Shown in pieces: positions 10,134 through 25,138 of a stretch of DNA of 41,940 nucleotides (the first letter of the stretch is position 1; every line of letters starts with the position of its first letter). The stretch lies in assembly GCA_040357565.1 (NCBI GenBank), contig JBDODJ010000097.1. The stretch is one strand, 5' to 3'. Made by a program: the position numbers and the translations under genes. The notes beneath the pieces are model-generated. The model saw only the letters and a program-made list of their open reading frames with translations. It did no database searches and was not told the DNA's origin. This DNA comes from Cercozoa sp. M6MM. Its lineage: Eukaryota; Protista; Endomyxa: Ascetosporea.

Positions 10134-13100
10134 ATGGGAGCCTCAGCCAGCACTTTTGCTGCAGAGTTCCTTGATGATGATCCGCGAGAGCACGAGCTTG
10201 CCACGGTGGACCCGCAGCGCATACTTGAAGAAAACTTTGTGCGTGAACACAAGCTATCGTCTCAGCAGTCTCCACAGCAGCCTTTCGAACCGCGCAGAGA
10301 GGCAGCCGTGCTTTACCCTCCATTTGGCCCTAGGGAGCATGACTCTAAGCACAGCATCGCACTGTCGGCACGCAACGCGCAGGATGAACTCGTGGCACTG
10401 ACTGAAGAAGGGCTATCTGCACGTAATCCATACGCTCTCGTGCGCGAATCGCAGAAGACGAGCTTTGCCGTGCAGACTTTGCAGAAGATCCAAATCGCAA
10501 TCACAAATGAGGTTCGGCGCCTCCGTCTTCGCAAACTGCGAACTACTGAGGCAGCGTCGAGGGATGTTAAAAAAGCGCTTTCAGTGACAACACAGGTTGG
10601 TATCAACGCTGCAATGAAAGGGTGGCTTCTTCTCTTACGGGCAGTCAGCAAGTTCGATTCGAGGGTGTCCAAAGAAGTGCTTGATTTTGCATTTGAGTTC
10701 TTGAGTGAAGTCGAACCTCTTTCCCTTCAAAGTCAAGGTCAAGCTCTTTTCGAGCCAGTCGTAGCATATTTTGCGAACGTCGCTGAAACTGCGGAGCAGG
10801 CAGCGTTGAAAACAAAAGCGTTGGAGGTTCTGGCTCTCTTTGCCATCGCACAAGGCAGTGTGCAAGGTATTACAAAAATCGTGGCACTGCTGCTCCGTCG
10901 CAATAGAAATCAAGATCAGGTAAATTTACTTTCGCTACGCGTGTCAGTTGATCTTATTGTCAAGGTGAGTTGTACAACTGATGGATACGTGTTGAAGGTG
11001 GCCGCCTCTCCTGTGCTACTTGCGCTTGTCGAGTTTTTGGCTTCTAGGCGCCAGCCCACAAGCGCAGACGATGACATCGTGTTTGAACACGAACTCGATG
11101 ACTCCGAAACCCTTGTGTTTCCTCTGATACACCACTTGTCGAGGGTTTCACGGTCACAGTCGTGTGATCTCTACACGCCCACTGTCGCCAAAGCTAGGAA
11201 ATCTATACTTAGAGACCTCGGTGATGCGTTGGCTGAGGTCGTATCGAGAATTCGTGAGTGCGATCCTGACAGCCTTCGGGAGCAACAGCTCTTAATTGGT
11301 GCTCGTGGCGTCTTGTCGTTGGTCTTGCACGTCGCGCAACAAAGTGCAGCACCCCCTTTAAAGAAAACAGGTTTGTTCGCGACTTCTTCGACGAATGTGG
11401 CCGGCAGCTCGAATCTACAAACACTACATGACGCAATCTTTGATCTTATTCGAAGGCCGTGGTATTCTGGGAACAAGGAAATGAACCCTCGGTGGCAAAG
11501 CGTGCATGAGTACGCAATCGAAACTTTGAAGGACACGTTCTCGACATTTTTCCCGTCAGCTGTGGCACAACTGTCGCGCTCTCTGGAACTAGCTTCCGAA
11601 CCACACGCTGGCGAACGAGATTTTCGGGTGTCTTTGCTCACTCGCTTCGTTGATTTTGAAGTAGCTGTGTCGCTGGTGGAAGAAGTGGAGAAAGAGGGTT
11701 TCGCCAAAGAGCTTGCAAACTCTTTGAAGAGCTTGATCGGTCTCGCCGAACGGGACTCTCTAGCGTGTTTTGAGACGCAGAACGGGCCTTTCGAAAACAG
11801 TGCTGCAGCCGCGTTTGGTTCGATATTCAAAGTTGTTTTGGCCTACTCCGTGAACGCAGAACCCGAGTCCCATTTCATTTTCGAAGAAGCGATAAAGGCG
11901 GCCACCAAAAGACTCTGTGGTTCTGCTTCAGTGATTCTGCGTAAGGCTTCCACGTTGCTCCAAGAAGGCAACCAAAGCCTCTCAATTCGTCAAAGCTGCG
12001 GCGCGATTCTGCTTAAATCGGTAATTTCTCCTCGGCACGCGTCCGTGTGCAACCGCGACTTTCGTTCTTTACGTTAGGTTTGCGGGCGTGCTGTCCCGCT
12101 GCTGCTCACCTTCGCAGAGCCTTCCTTCAGAAAGTCGACAAAGTGTGTGTTCTCAGTGCTACCGTCTCTCGAAGAGCTTTTGGTCGCGGTTGATTTCATG
12201 AGCGCCGTCTTGGATGCGACGCATGCGATTGCGAACAAGACAAAGATCACGTCTTTTGAATGGTTTCCGGCTACTGTTTCCAACGTCGCTCGAGCGTTTG
12301 GGGCCTTAACTGGAGATTTGATGACGTGTAATGCTGACCCACCTTCAAACCGGCAAATACGTGAATGGACTTCGAGTCCATTGTTCAGAGGTGGTTACCC
12401 GTCAGCAACGGTTCTTCTTTTGAACGAGGTGTCTGACTGGATTTCTCGATGCAAGTTTCAAAAGCCCGAAGAGCTACTTCCTGTCGATGGGGCAATGGCA
12501 GAAAACGAGTCCACACTGACTGATGAAGACCTCGAACAGATTTGTGCTGCAATGGCGGCAGCCTCCCCGCTTCCAGTGGTGCAGCCATCAGTGAAACCCG
12601 TTGCGCAAAAGGCAACGGCAGCAGTCTTTCGTTGTTTGCTCTACCACACGGATACCACCGACGAAGCGTTGTCTTTCCTCGAGTTTAAAGACAGAAGTGA
12701 CCTTCCTGAAAACTTGATGCACATGTGGAGACGTGCAACTGCTGTGTGCGTTCACTTGCGTACGGTCAAGGGCGGAGGTGGTGATGTAAACCAAGAACTG
12801 GAGCGAATTTCGGAGAACTGTCGTTGGATTTGCCAGCTAAAGGCTGCGAAAGAGGAATGGGAGGCACCTCCTTTCGAAGACGAAGAGTCGAATGAGAGTC
12901 TGTCGCTACGGCATTTGTCAACGCAAGCTCGAGCTTCAGTTGCGATCACAACAACTCCAATGTCAGGCCCGCTTCTCTTGTATCATGATCCTCAAGCAGA
13001 ACGCCGAGCTTCAATTCCAGTTCACAGATCACTGTCTGTCGTCCAACAGAGGGGTCTTTCGGAAGCTGAAAACGAAACACTTGGGGCTTTAAAGCGATTG

Positions 13101-16100
13101 CAAGAGTTTATGGAGTTGCGCAACAAGCTTGACAAAGAGCAACTGAGCGCTGAGAGTGGCTCCATAGTGTCAACATTGCTTCGCATTGTCGATGGTGACA
13201 TCGCTGTTGGCAGCCTGCAAGACGAGTTGGTTAGACAGCACATCGTCGCTTTGAACCGGCTAGCGTGCCTGCGATACTTCTCTCGCGCATTGTCGGCAGT
13301 GAAGTCGCTAAAAGCTACTCGAGAGCTTCTTGAGCAAATGTGCTTGGTCTTGCAGCAAAAGAGCAAGGACTCGCACTTTCTGTCAAACATTTCTGCAGTG
13401 GGTCCAGAAATCAAAGCATTTCTGACGAAAAAATACTACGGTCTGATTGGCTTCATGATGAAATTGTGTGATTCTCGGCCACTCGCGCACGTCGCGCGAA
13501 TGATTGTGATGGTTTTGTGCTGCCACGACATCGAGTCAACCTCTGACGCAGACCTGGCTCACTTGCACAATCTAGGCTTTATTCGCTGGCTGTCGCCGCT
13601 AATAGCTTTCCATGGCGCCGGCAACTTTCAAGACTCGCAGCTGACGAGCAGTTGGGCAAAACTCGCGAGCTTTGGATCGCGCCGAGAACCGTGGTGTTCT
13701 CGCTATTGCTCTTGGTTGAGCTTTCGTCGTCTTGCCTACGTTACTGCGCCTAGACTCGAAACCAGTGATGCGGCTCGCTCCCTCTTCCATGACTTTTTGG
13801 TGCTGACGAAGTCGCAGCTGGAACTGCTAATCGCGATGCGTGATGCGCCTGTGGCTGCCGAAGCACAGAATCCGTGGATGTGCTATCACTGCACCTACAT
13901 CAACACGATAGCTCACACTGTGTGCCAAGTTTGCCGCCTCTCGAGAAAGCAATCAAGCGCTATGGTGACAGATGACTCAGATGAAATGAAAGAAACTGTT
14001 GACGAGAAGAGTGCTGATGAGAAGAGCGATGAAGAAGAGGGTAGCTGTCTTCCTACTATGAGATACTGTTGCCTGTGCGTGTCGATAGAACTTTTCCTAA
14101 AAGTAGAAGATATCTCTGCCGAGATTCGAAGTTCGCCATCGTCAGTTAATGTTCCTGGCATCTATTGGGACACGACTTCGCTACCGACTGCCTTTTCTCC
14201 TCTGGGAGTCGTCGAGGAGCAACCGGTCACGGTCAAGAATATCTCACGGACGCAGGAATGGCAAGTCTGTCGCACCTTGTCAATGTTGTCGACAGGTCAT
14301 CATAGCGTTAGCTTCAAAATAGACGTCGACCCTGCAACAACAAACACTTGGAGAATTGTCATTGGCGTGATCCCAGCCAGTATGTCTCTGGATGGGCCAC
14401 AGCGATACGTTGGATCCAAAGGGTGGGGCTACATTGCCGGTACTGGAGGTGTGAATGAAAACTCCGGTCAGTCAACGCCATACGGACAGCCATACGGTTT
14501 GAACGACGTCGTTCGCATGGATTTGGACTTTGAAGAAGGGAAAATTGAATTTTTCCTTAATGAAATATCACAAGGAGTCGCATTCTCGAACTTGGTCGGA
14601 CCAGTGTACCCTGCTGTGAGTGTCACAGCATACGGTGCCGAAGTCAGCATCGTCTCATCCTCCGAATCACTTGTCGACAAGACAAGCTCAAGTGACAGTG
14701 CGAAGCTCTCATTCACCTGGAGCAAGCGCATGCAAATGCAATTTCTGTCCTCGGCTTCAAACGGGTGGTTCGTTGCGAACAAAGACGAAGTTGGCATTTT
14801 TGGCCGCCCAGCTGTGAGAGTGTCTCAGCCGTCTAAGCCTGAAATCAGTGTGTTCATGAACCAATTCCTCTGGGTTGTTCTTCGGTGTGTCAATGCCTCA
14901 CCTTCGGCTCGACTGTTCTTGAACAACGAGGACTGGCAAGGGCTCTTACTGAAGTGCTATAGCGGCGAAGCACGGTCCCATCAAACGAAGCTGCTGGTGT
15001 TGCAAATATTGTCACAGACACTGCCTCTGACACCACCCAGTGCGACTGTGACCGAAGTGCCTTCAGTCGTTGAGAATATCTTCTTGCCTAACGTCCGAAA
15101 CTGGTGGATGGGTTTTGTGGAGCAAACGGATGCTCCCAGTGCGTCGAAATCATGCAACTGGCATGCGCTGTGGGAAGAAAGTTTCGAAATGACAAAGCTG
15201 ATGCGTTCATTGTTTGTGTCATCGTTGTGGAACAAGGAGCTGTCTCGATTTATTGACAACAACGTTGTTACCTTGTCTGGTGTCTTGGAAAAACTTGCCG
15301 GTGGAGCTAAACAATCACATCAAAAGGTCCGATCGCGCGGTGTATCAGTCAATTCAAGCCAGAAATACGAAAGCGACGACGAAGAGATACACACTTCTCC
15401 TGCTTTTACTTTCAATGAATCCATGTATCCTCCCCTAGAGAACAAAACCAGGAAGGTTGTATCGATTGCTTGTATTTTTACAGCGCTGAGAAAGACACTG
15501 TCTCGTGGGAGTCTGTGGTCTCCGAAGAAACAACTCGCCAGCTGGCCAACCTCCTCGCCGTCCTGAGCATTCTTGGCGGAGATAGTGATGATTTACGCGA
15601 AAGCAGAATGGTTAAGGTGTTCGGTGACCAACCTACTGTAGGTATGGTGACGGGCTTGCGATTCCCGTCAAAGACGAAACAAGTGCTTTTGGAAGTGGCA
15701 TGTGAGTCTGGTGCAACAAAGAAAATCAAGAACGTCAGCGACGTTGAGCTCCTCATGTCACAAATCCCGCCTTCGGTCTTCTTTAAGAAGCTGTCTAACC
15801 CACTTCACATCGTTATGCAGCTCAAAACATATGCCATTGCGTTTTTGCAACGTCCGACTGAAGATGTCTTCCCTCTCGGCCTGATGATGACAACGATACT
15901 GTTCCGCAAATGCATTCGAGTGTTGAGTCAAATGATGTCCGCTGACGACCCAGAACTCGACATTATCTTGCACGACCTTAAAATCCCATCTCTTATCGGC
16001 GGTTTGGCAACTGAAAGTTTGAGTTTTCATCTCCCAGAATCGGAGAGAGCCAACTGCTCGACATCGGTGCTGGAAAGCGAGCTCGTGTCGTCCGAAATCT

Positions 16101-19100
16101 TGTGCAAGCAAGTCACCGCACTGAAACAAGAGTGCAAAACGACCAACTGGAATCCACCAAGCTCTCCCGCTCGCAAGCTACGCGATATTCTGTCCGGAAC
16201 ACACGAACTCAAGGCTATCCACCTGCAGGAGGAAAAACAAGGAATTTTCAACTACCTGGGAACGCGCGTCTTTGGGAACGTGAGCTTCATCAACCCAGTT
16301 TCGCTTGGGTTGGTGTCTGTCACTTCCAGTGGAAAAATGCACGCGGACTTTCCTCTAAGGCCTGCGTCGGAACTGATCGCAAATTACGGCTGTAGCTGTG
16401 CATTCGAACCTGACGGCAGCGGGCATGCATTCGTCGAGTTCTTGTTTGAAAAACACGAGTTTTTCCCAGAGGCGTATTCTCTTCGCCGCTGGTCCCGAGA
16501 CTCGAAGACGGTACCCCACTCTTGGTGCGTCGAAGTCAGTGACGTCAAAGGGAAGAGGTGGAAGGTTGTCGACACTCGCTCAAAGGAACTTGCGCTACAC
16601 TCTCCATCGGGCGTCACCTTCCAGCTCTCAAAGCCTGTTACGCGAACAAAGATGTACCGGCGCGTTCGAATCAAAACACTTGCCGAACCCTCAGAAAGTG
16701 CCCGACTCACCCTGTCCAGTTTCGAGATATTTGGCTTTTTGAAGCCTCTTCCGCCAAACTCGACGCACGAGCGAACTCCTCGTGGACAGCTGCTTGCGTT
16801 GGGACGGTGTGAGCATGGGCGTCTCGGCACAGGTTTCAATGCTGACTCTGCGTACCCGTGCATCACTGCGCTTCCTCTGGGTGTTGAGATTGTGCAAGTC
16901 TCAACGTTCTCGGCCAACGGCATCGCGTTATCTCGAAACGGAGCTGTCTACACTTGGGGAAAAGGTGACTCGGGCGCTCTCGGACAAGGTCACTGCTCGC
17001 AGCAAAACACGCCTCAACGGGTTCAAGCCTTGAGCAGCTTTCGTATGATCCAAGTTGCAGCCGGAGCAGGTTTTTCAGCGGCCCTCGAAGAATCTGGCAG
17101 TGTTTGGACATGGGGACGAAACTCAAGCTACCAATTAGGTCTCGGCGACTCAACAGACCGCATGCTCCCGGTGCCTGTGGGTGGTTTGCTTCGGAGCCAA
17201 GTCGTTGAGTTTATTGCCACAGGTGCTTCACATATGTTTGCTGCCACACAGTCGGGCAAGCTATTTGCTTGGGGCGCCAACGGAAGTGGACAACTTGGCT
17301 GCGCTCAGTGCGAGGCTGTGCGTCGACCAAAGGAGATCACAGTGGAGCGTCGCAACATCACATGGGTCGAAATCAGTTCAGGCTGGGATCACACACTGGG
17401 GGTCTCCAGCACCGGCTGTTTGTACGCGTGGGGAAAGGGCGCTCATGGACATGGAACGAACGAAGCCGTTGTTGAACCGACTCAAGTAAAAGCACTTGTC
17501 GGTCAAAAGGTTGTGTCCATTTCGTGCGGGTGGGACAATTCAATGTGTGTGACGGCCGACGGCTCGGTGTATGCTTGGGGCAAGAACAACGGTGCTCTTG
17601 GTTTTGGTCATACTGACCAAATCTCGAAACCGCAACGCGTGGAAGGCGCCTTGTCGAAAAGATGCATTGTGTCTGTGTCAACGGGAAAGGATCACTCTGT
17701 CGCAATCTCAAAGAGCGGAGTTGTGTTCATCAGCGGATACCCTGTGCGAAAGGTTCTTGGATCGAATGAGCTCAATCGTCTGCGCTTTACTGCGATCACT
17801 CCTTTTGACAAATCTCACATGTTCCGGGACGCTTCTTGTGGAGACAAGGTCACTCTTTTGGTGACGACTGATGCCGCGCAAGTATTCACTCCACTGAGTG
17901 GCACCGAGCGAACCACGCACTTTAACTTTCACGGGCAGACGCTGAATCCTATTTTACAAAGAAGCACCGACAATGTCTTCGTGTGTCCATACCCGGCTGC
18001 GTTCTGGTGCCTGAAGCGAAAGCACCACAAAGTACCTTTGCTCCCTGCAAGTCTCGATACGAACGAAGGATACGATGCCAGGTTCCACAATCTTGTTGAA
18101 CGCTACTCAGCCGATTGGAGGCAGGCACACGTCACGCTTTCCGAATGCAACGACCCACACAGCCAAGTATCCTCGCAAGGAACGCGAATCGATGTCTCAC
18201 AGGCGTTGCAGATGTCGCCTGCTCTATTTTTACCAGGCGACCAGTGGAGCGTTTCTTTTGTTGCCAAACTACGGGCGGGAGGTCGTATGTTTGAGTTTAC
18301 CGACCGTCACGAAGGCACCTTGCTTGCAATTGAGCTGTTGGACGCATCAACCTGGAAACTGACTTCAAACACTGGAGGAGGTTTTGCCAAAACTGTCAAG
18401 CAGCCGATTAGACTTGATCGCACAGGTATCTCAGTAAGTCATTGCAGTTAAATCAAATCGAATAAGTGAACTGTCGGATATAGTGAGACTCTCGTTGTCT
18501 TGTGCGAAGTCGAAGGGAAAACGCAGTGACGAAAACGCCTTTCAATTCCACATTGACGAGAAGCTCGTCAGTTCGTTTAGCGTCTGGGGGTCCGAGTTAG
18601 ACAACTTTGTTGCAGCTTTGCGATCTTCTTCGCTCGCCCTAATTCAATCCCCTGGAGCAATTGTTGAAGAGGTGGCTTTGTGGGAACACTCGTTGTCGCC
18701 GCACGAGCTTCAGTATGTTGTTCGGAACAGCTTGGAATTTGTCCTGGACGACTGGCTGGCGGACTTCAACTTCGCCGCGACGAATAGATTGTGGGCTGCT
18801 TCCCCTCAAGCTGCTCGAAGCCATGCTGATATCACAAGAATCTGCAATACGACACACTGTGGGCGCACAAGTTTGAGTTTTGGCACCAAGTTGCTGGATG
18901 CAGTGGATCTTCCGCCTGGCTGCAAGTTACACGTGAACTTCTCAACGGAAAATGTTGCTGCCGTTGACTACACTATGTCTGTCGATTTCGCGGTTGTAGA
19001 GAGTCCTCTGCCACAAAATCCACTTGTCGTTTTCCAAGCTCGTGCGACAATGCCGCCGCTCTTTCTACGTGAAGATATGACCCTTGGATTCCTCTTCTTG

Positions 19101-22100
19101 GAAACTGTGCGATCACCGATTCGTCTCAAGAAGGGCCACTTGCATCGGATTACCGTCCTAGTGTCCATGGGTAACAGCGTGACCGTCTACGTCGATGGTG
19201 AGCGAGCTCTTTCTCTCGATAACTTCCAGCAGTACGCTTCCTTGCATTGCGGCGTCGTCTTTGCCGAAAAGCCTCTAGCGCTGCGCTCTGGCGTGCTGTT
19301 CGGCAATTTACCGGATGAGTTTTCCTCTGTCGACATCTTACAAAGACGACAACCCACTGGTCGCCGTGTCCACGTGTATGTGCACGCAGTCGAATTGTTT
19401 GCTGGGTTAAAGCTTGCGTCAGAGGTTGCTTGCGAAAAATTGCCGCACCCTCTCTCAAGCAGGCGACCTGTGTCGTTACTTACGCGGTCACTCCGCCGGT
19501 TTAAGGTATCACAACTTCCATAACTTTGAGTGTAAATTCCTTCGAATTGAAACTTGCGTACCTGTCAACTGTGCATCTCAGGTACCCTACTCATGGGCCG
19601 AGGCGGCGTTGGGAGCCGGAGTACCCAAACATCGGCACTCTATTTCGGCTTGGATTAACAACAATGCTCACAAATTGAAACTCCGCACACGCTCGGAAGA
19701 GATCAACGAACTCACTTCTTCGTTGGCTTTGATGGGTACTGCGTTTTTTGTTTACGGAGTGCCGTTGACATGATGGTAATACCTGACAGGCTTCACGCGC
19801 GAACGTTGCTCAAACGTTTTGCGAATCTCAGCTACTTCTACAGAAGACGCAGACACTCGCCTCATAAAAGCTCTGCGCGCGCTAATATGGGCGCCTCCTC
19901 GACGATTGTCACGGGATGTTGACGTGGCAGGACAACCCGAAGAGAGACCTACCGAAAACGAGCCTACCTCCGTAGATGCTCACAACAACTACTCTTCGTT
20001 ACTAGCAGACCGATCAGTGAGAAGAAAACGAGGCAGAGATCACGGCGACCACTTTTATGGAGGTCATTTGACAGACTTCTCCATCGACTCTCTTCTCGAT
20101 CGAAGTCCAAAACTTGAAGAAGCGCCCATCCAAAACGAAGTGATCAAGTTTAGTCGCGCTGTGTCGATTTCTTGGTGCCGAAGTGCACTCCTCAGCTTGC
20201 TTCATCGTCTTTCAAGCTCCACAAGCGATGAAGTGTTGCAAGGTGTGCCGCAGGCGCGTCTGGCTATGTCACCAGAACCACCGGCATTGGAGTGGAGCCT
20301 TGCCTCTCTTTTCCCGCTCCCTCGCTTTTTGTCGCGACTTGTCACCATGGTCGTCACGGAAGGCACTGACAAGGACCGAGCGTCTATTTGCACGAGCTTG
20401 CAGAGACTGGTCGTGCGCGAAGCACTGGCCCTAGAACGGAGTGAACGATTCGTGCACGGCGCGAAGAGCATTCGCTTCAACGCTTGGTCGGTGAGTCGTA
20501 GCTTCAGCTCATTTTCGTTCGACAGCAATGACAAGGGGGAGGAAAAACCAGACGAAACTTTGAACGCGTATGTGGCATCCGTCGCTCAAGTCTCCATTGA
20601 ACTTCTCGAGGAGCTGTTGCTTCACTTGGTGCGAACGATTCACGAACACCAATCAAATCGCCAGCAATTCTCTAGTGGCATCACGACCAAGCATCGAACT
20701 GAAATCGTGCTGCTATTACTGGAGATACTGCTGAAGGCAGAACAACGAGTCCGCGACACCAAGCAGTCTCGACGAAGAAGGCGTTCGATCAGCACCATTG
20801 TTTCAGACTTTGAAGAAAAAGCGGACTCTTTGTCTTCCTTCGGCATGTTCTTCTTCCGTCGCGAGGTCGTGAACTTGCTCTGCGAAACTGTGACCTTACT
20901 TCGAGGCGAAAACCAGCTCAAATTCGTCCGAATCCTGTCGAAACTGTTGCGCATGAGAATCCCTGTCGATGCTGCCCGCGCTTCTATCTTGTACGAAACT
21001 ATGAAGCAAAAGCACAAGCAACAAAGTCCGCATGGCTCATATTCACCCTTCCTGCAAGCTCTGATTGAGCTCAACGTTGCCACACACCGCCTTGGATTGT
21101 CGAAGAAGAGCGCCGTTGAGGACGAAAGTCTTTCCGTTCCTACACCAGAGCACGAGCTCCGGTGCCCATCGCTCCCAAAACATTGGAACTCACCGAAGTC
21201 CAGTTTCATTCTAGCTCCCAAGAGTACTGTGGATACCTGCGGAATCGTCTACTTCCTTGGTATATTTAACACGATGTTTGGTTGCGACTGCTTGGCTTTC
21301 TCATTCGCCCAATGTTTGATAGGGACCTGCGGCTACCAGCATCCGTTCCGTAATCCAGCAACCGCCCCATATGCAACAGTTCACGCGAGCAGTTCGATAT
21401 CTTCTTGTGACGCGACGTCGTTGTTTGCACGAACACGAGAAGGTGTACCATTAGATGGTGGCGAGCTCAAGATTCGCTGGCACTTCAACAACATCAATGT
21501 GATGCCGGCTGTGTTTGCTCTGACCACGAGTCAGACACACTTGACTTCGGGTTGCATCGGTCGTTTTGAGGGATCCAACGACGGCGATTCATGGGACGCC
21601 ATTGAGACCGAGGCTGTCAAAGCGTCACGTACGATGCACTGCGTCACGCTTGGAGAGCAAAGGTCGTTTAAGTACTTCCGACTAACTATCGCCGAAGACA
21701 AAGTTCCCGTCGCGGAGGATGTGCATCTTTTTGGAATTGAAGTTTTTGGGAACATCACCATCGAAAAGCCTCTGACGTTGCTCGAGGGACGGCATCTTCG
21801 CTACACAAGTGACATGGACGAAAACGGTTTGATGTATCTGCTTGGAACCAATTACGGCAGCGAACCCTGGCAGAATCCTCATGATGCCGGTCACTTGACG
21901 GTGACTTCATCTTCGCTTCAGAACGACTCTAAGAGCGCATCTGCCATCGTTGGTCGCGTGCCGGTCAGGTGCGTGACTGATGCTGCCGACGGCAACTTTT
22001 TCCAGGTGTCGCTCAAAAATGTGATGATCCAGCCAACCCACTACACATTGCGTCACTACTCAAGTTGGGATGTGGAGGCACTTCGGAGTTGGAGACTCGA

Positions 22101-24908
22101 AGCATCCAACGATGGAGAAACGTGGACTGTTCTTCGAGTGCACTCCAACGATACGTCTCTCAACAAAAAAGGTAAATTTACAGTAATTTAAAAACTTATT
22201 TGGAATGCGGACGTTTCATTTATTTTCGCTTGGACGTATCTGTAGGAGCTTGCTTTACCTGGGATCTTCCGGGAGCGCAGAGACCTTACAGGATCTTCCG
22301 AATCCTGATGACAGGAGAAAACAGCAATCACCACACCTTCATGGCTCTGTCCGGCTTTGAAGTGTACGGCACTGTGTTTACAGAGCAGCTCGCCCATGCC
22401 TACTCGTCGTGCGATGTGTGCTTGAGAGCCACTCCTGCAATTTACTTGCTGAAGAAACTACTTCGATCCGACAAGGCGACGCTTTCGCTCAATTGTGTCC
22501 GCGTGCGTGAGCTCGGCGACAGAAAGCGCGCACTGAACTTCCGCACGAAGCAGCTTTTCAGATTAGGGCACCACCAAGTGGCTTGGCAGGTCCAAGAACG
22601 TGGCTGTGCGGAGAAATTGAACTTTGCCTTCGGTCTCGTCCCACAAAAGTCGTTGTCGTCGTTCGACGGCGGCGTTAGCTCGCTTTGTGACGACAGCAGC
22701 ACTTCGCTAGTTTTCCTTGACAGCGAAGGTACCTGCGAGTTCGCACTGAAGTCGAGGTATCAGGTCATCCAAGAGGCGACGATAACACCGCCGCTCGAGT
22801 CAGGAGACATCGTGACCGCGGAGACAGATTTCGATTCCAACACTCTCTTGGTCCACATCAACGGCGTGTGCCACTATCGAATCAATTTTTCGAATCTTCG
22901 GATCTCAGAAAAAGAACAGGTGGCGTTTGGCTTTAGCGTTATCGGCGACGGAGTCATGATCGAATTGCGTCCTCCCAGAGAGCTGATGACAGGAGCCTTG
23001 AAGTACCCTCCTTGGTTCCGAGCGGTCTTGCTGGTGGAAGACTGCATCTTCAGCATCAACTCCGGAATTCCTCTGCCCTCGTCATTCGCGCAAGACATAA
23101 GTCGAGAGATAAACACTTGGTACCGAAGCTACGCTAGTGAAAGCTCGCAAGCGGACATAGACTGGGCACAGTTCACAGTCGAACAGTTCAACGAAATCAA
23201 CGCCAAGTTCTCAATACACTCCGATGAGTCGCTGGTGGCTTGCGCGCAAAGAAGCTGCGAGAAAATCGAAGAGCGGGCTGCTTCACTCGTGTGCCAGCGG
23301 TGGACGCCATCAGTGGATCTGCTCACCGTCTATGGACTTGAGGACTACCCGATAAATGAACTGCGAGTGCGTTTGTTCACTCTTCAGCACCTCAACCGCC
23401 TTATCTATCCAGGTACGAGGGCATATCTGGTTTGTGCTTTCGCGTCGGCAATATGAAACTTGAAGCTCGCGTGTACATGTAGTGCTTCGACTTGTTGATG
23501 TGACTGACACTTCAAGTCATCAAAGTGGTTTAGCCGATGGATTGAAGAGAATTCGTGGACTTCTTTTCTGGGACATCAAGTGCGAGTTGTGGAACAAGGT
23601 GCTAGGTGCAACACAGGAGCCAGCTAGAGATGTCACAGTGTTGATCGACCGCCTGAAGGCCGCACAACTGCAGCTACCAGGTCCACGCCCCAAAGACAGT
23701 GAAAGCATGACTGTCTTCGGCCAGTGTTTCGAACAACTTCACTCGATAACGCCACCTCCGTTCCGACTTCGTCCAAACGAACGCGCGTGGAAAAGTACAT
23801 TCGTCGGTGAGTTTGGCGATGACCAGGGCGGCCTGTACAGAATGTGCATCACCGACTTGTGCCACGAGTTACAATCCGACGTTCTGCCGTTGCTCATTCT
23901 CTGCCCTAATGGACGAGACGGCATCGGTTCGAACCAAGACCGCTTCGTGCCTCGTCCGAGCGCTTCGACAGAGCGTTCTTTGCAAATGTTTGAGTTCCTC
24001 GGCAAGCTTATGGGCTTAGCCATACGGTCTCGCGAGCTCATGTCGCTATCGTTTCCGTCCATAATCTGGAAACAACTCGTTTTTGACAGAATCACGATGT
24101 CAGACGTGACCGCCATCGATCTTGTATCTTTCCGCATCCTGGACGAACTCCAAAAGATTGACGAGATGGCTGTTCAAAGTGGAATGAACGTTGACGACCT
24201 GTTTGAGAGCGTAGTCGATGCGCGCTTTATCGCAACGGGGTCTGACCAAGTTGAATACCCTCTGGTACCCGGAGGCCAGTTCAAAAAGGTTACGTCGGCA
24301 AATCGCAACAAGTTCGCTGAGGCCCTCGTCGCTTTTAGACAGAACGAATTTTCTATCCAGTGCGAAGCAATCAAGCGAGGCATGGCAACAGTGATCCCCG
24401 TCCCTCTTCTGTGCATGTTCACTTGGCGCGAACTTGAGCTCATGGTATGCGGGCGCGTGGCATTCGATGTCGACTTGCTCCGCAAGATGACACGGTATGA
24501 GGGTTGCACCGAGGACGAGCCGACGGTCAAGCTGTTCTGGAGACTTATGTACGATCACTTTGATGATGACACGCGAAGTCGCTTCCTGCGTTTCGTTTGG
24601 GGACGGTCTCGGCTTCCAACGACGGAAGAAGGATGTACCACAGATAGAATCTGCGTTGGTATCCTTGTGCAACTTTCTACGCGTGATCTGATGACTTGTA
24701 GTTGATCGGAATTTCAAATTGGGAGTTAAGCACACTCACGATGACCCCGATAACTACCTTCCTGTTGCGCACACTTGCTTCATGCAACGTAAGATCCTAA
24801 TTATCACTTTACAACATCGCATGCAGTTAATTTCTGAGTAGTGACTCTCCCCGCGTACAGCTCCCTCGAAGTTATGAAGTCAAAACTGCTCTATGCAATC
24901 ACACACTG

Positions 24909-24963
<55 letters not shown>

Positions 24964-25081
24964 TGACACACACACACACACNNNNNNNNNNNNNNNNNNN
25001 NNNNNNNNNNNNNNNNNNNNNNNNNNNNNNNNNNNNNNNNNNNNNNNNNNNNNNNNNNNNNNNNNNNNNNNNNNNNNNNNN

Positions 25082-25138
<57 letters not shown>

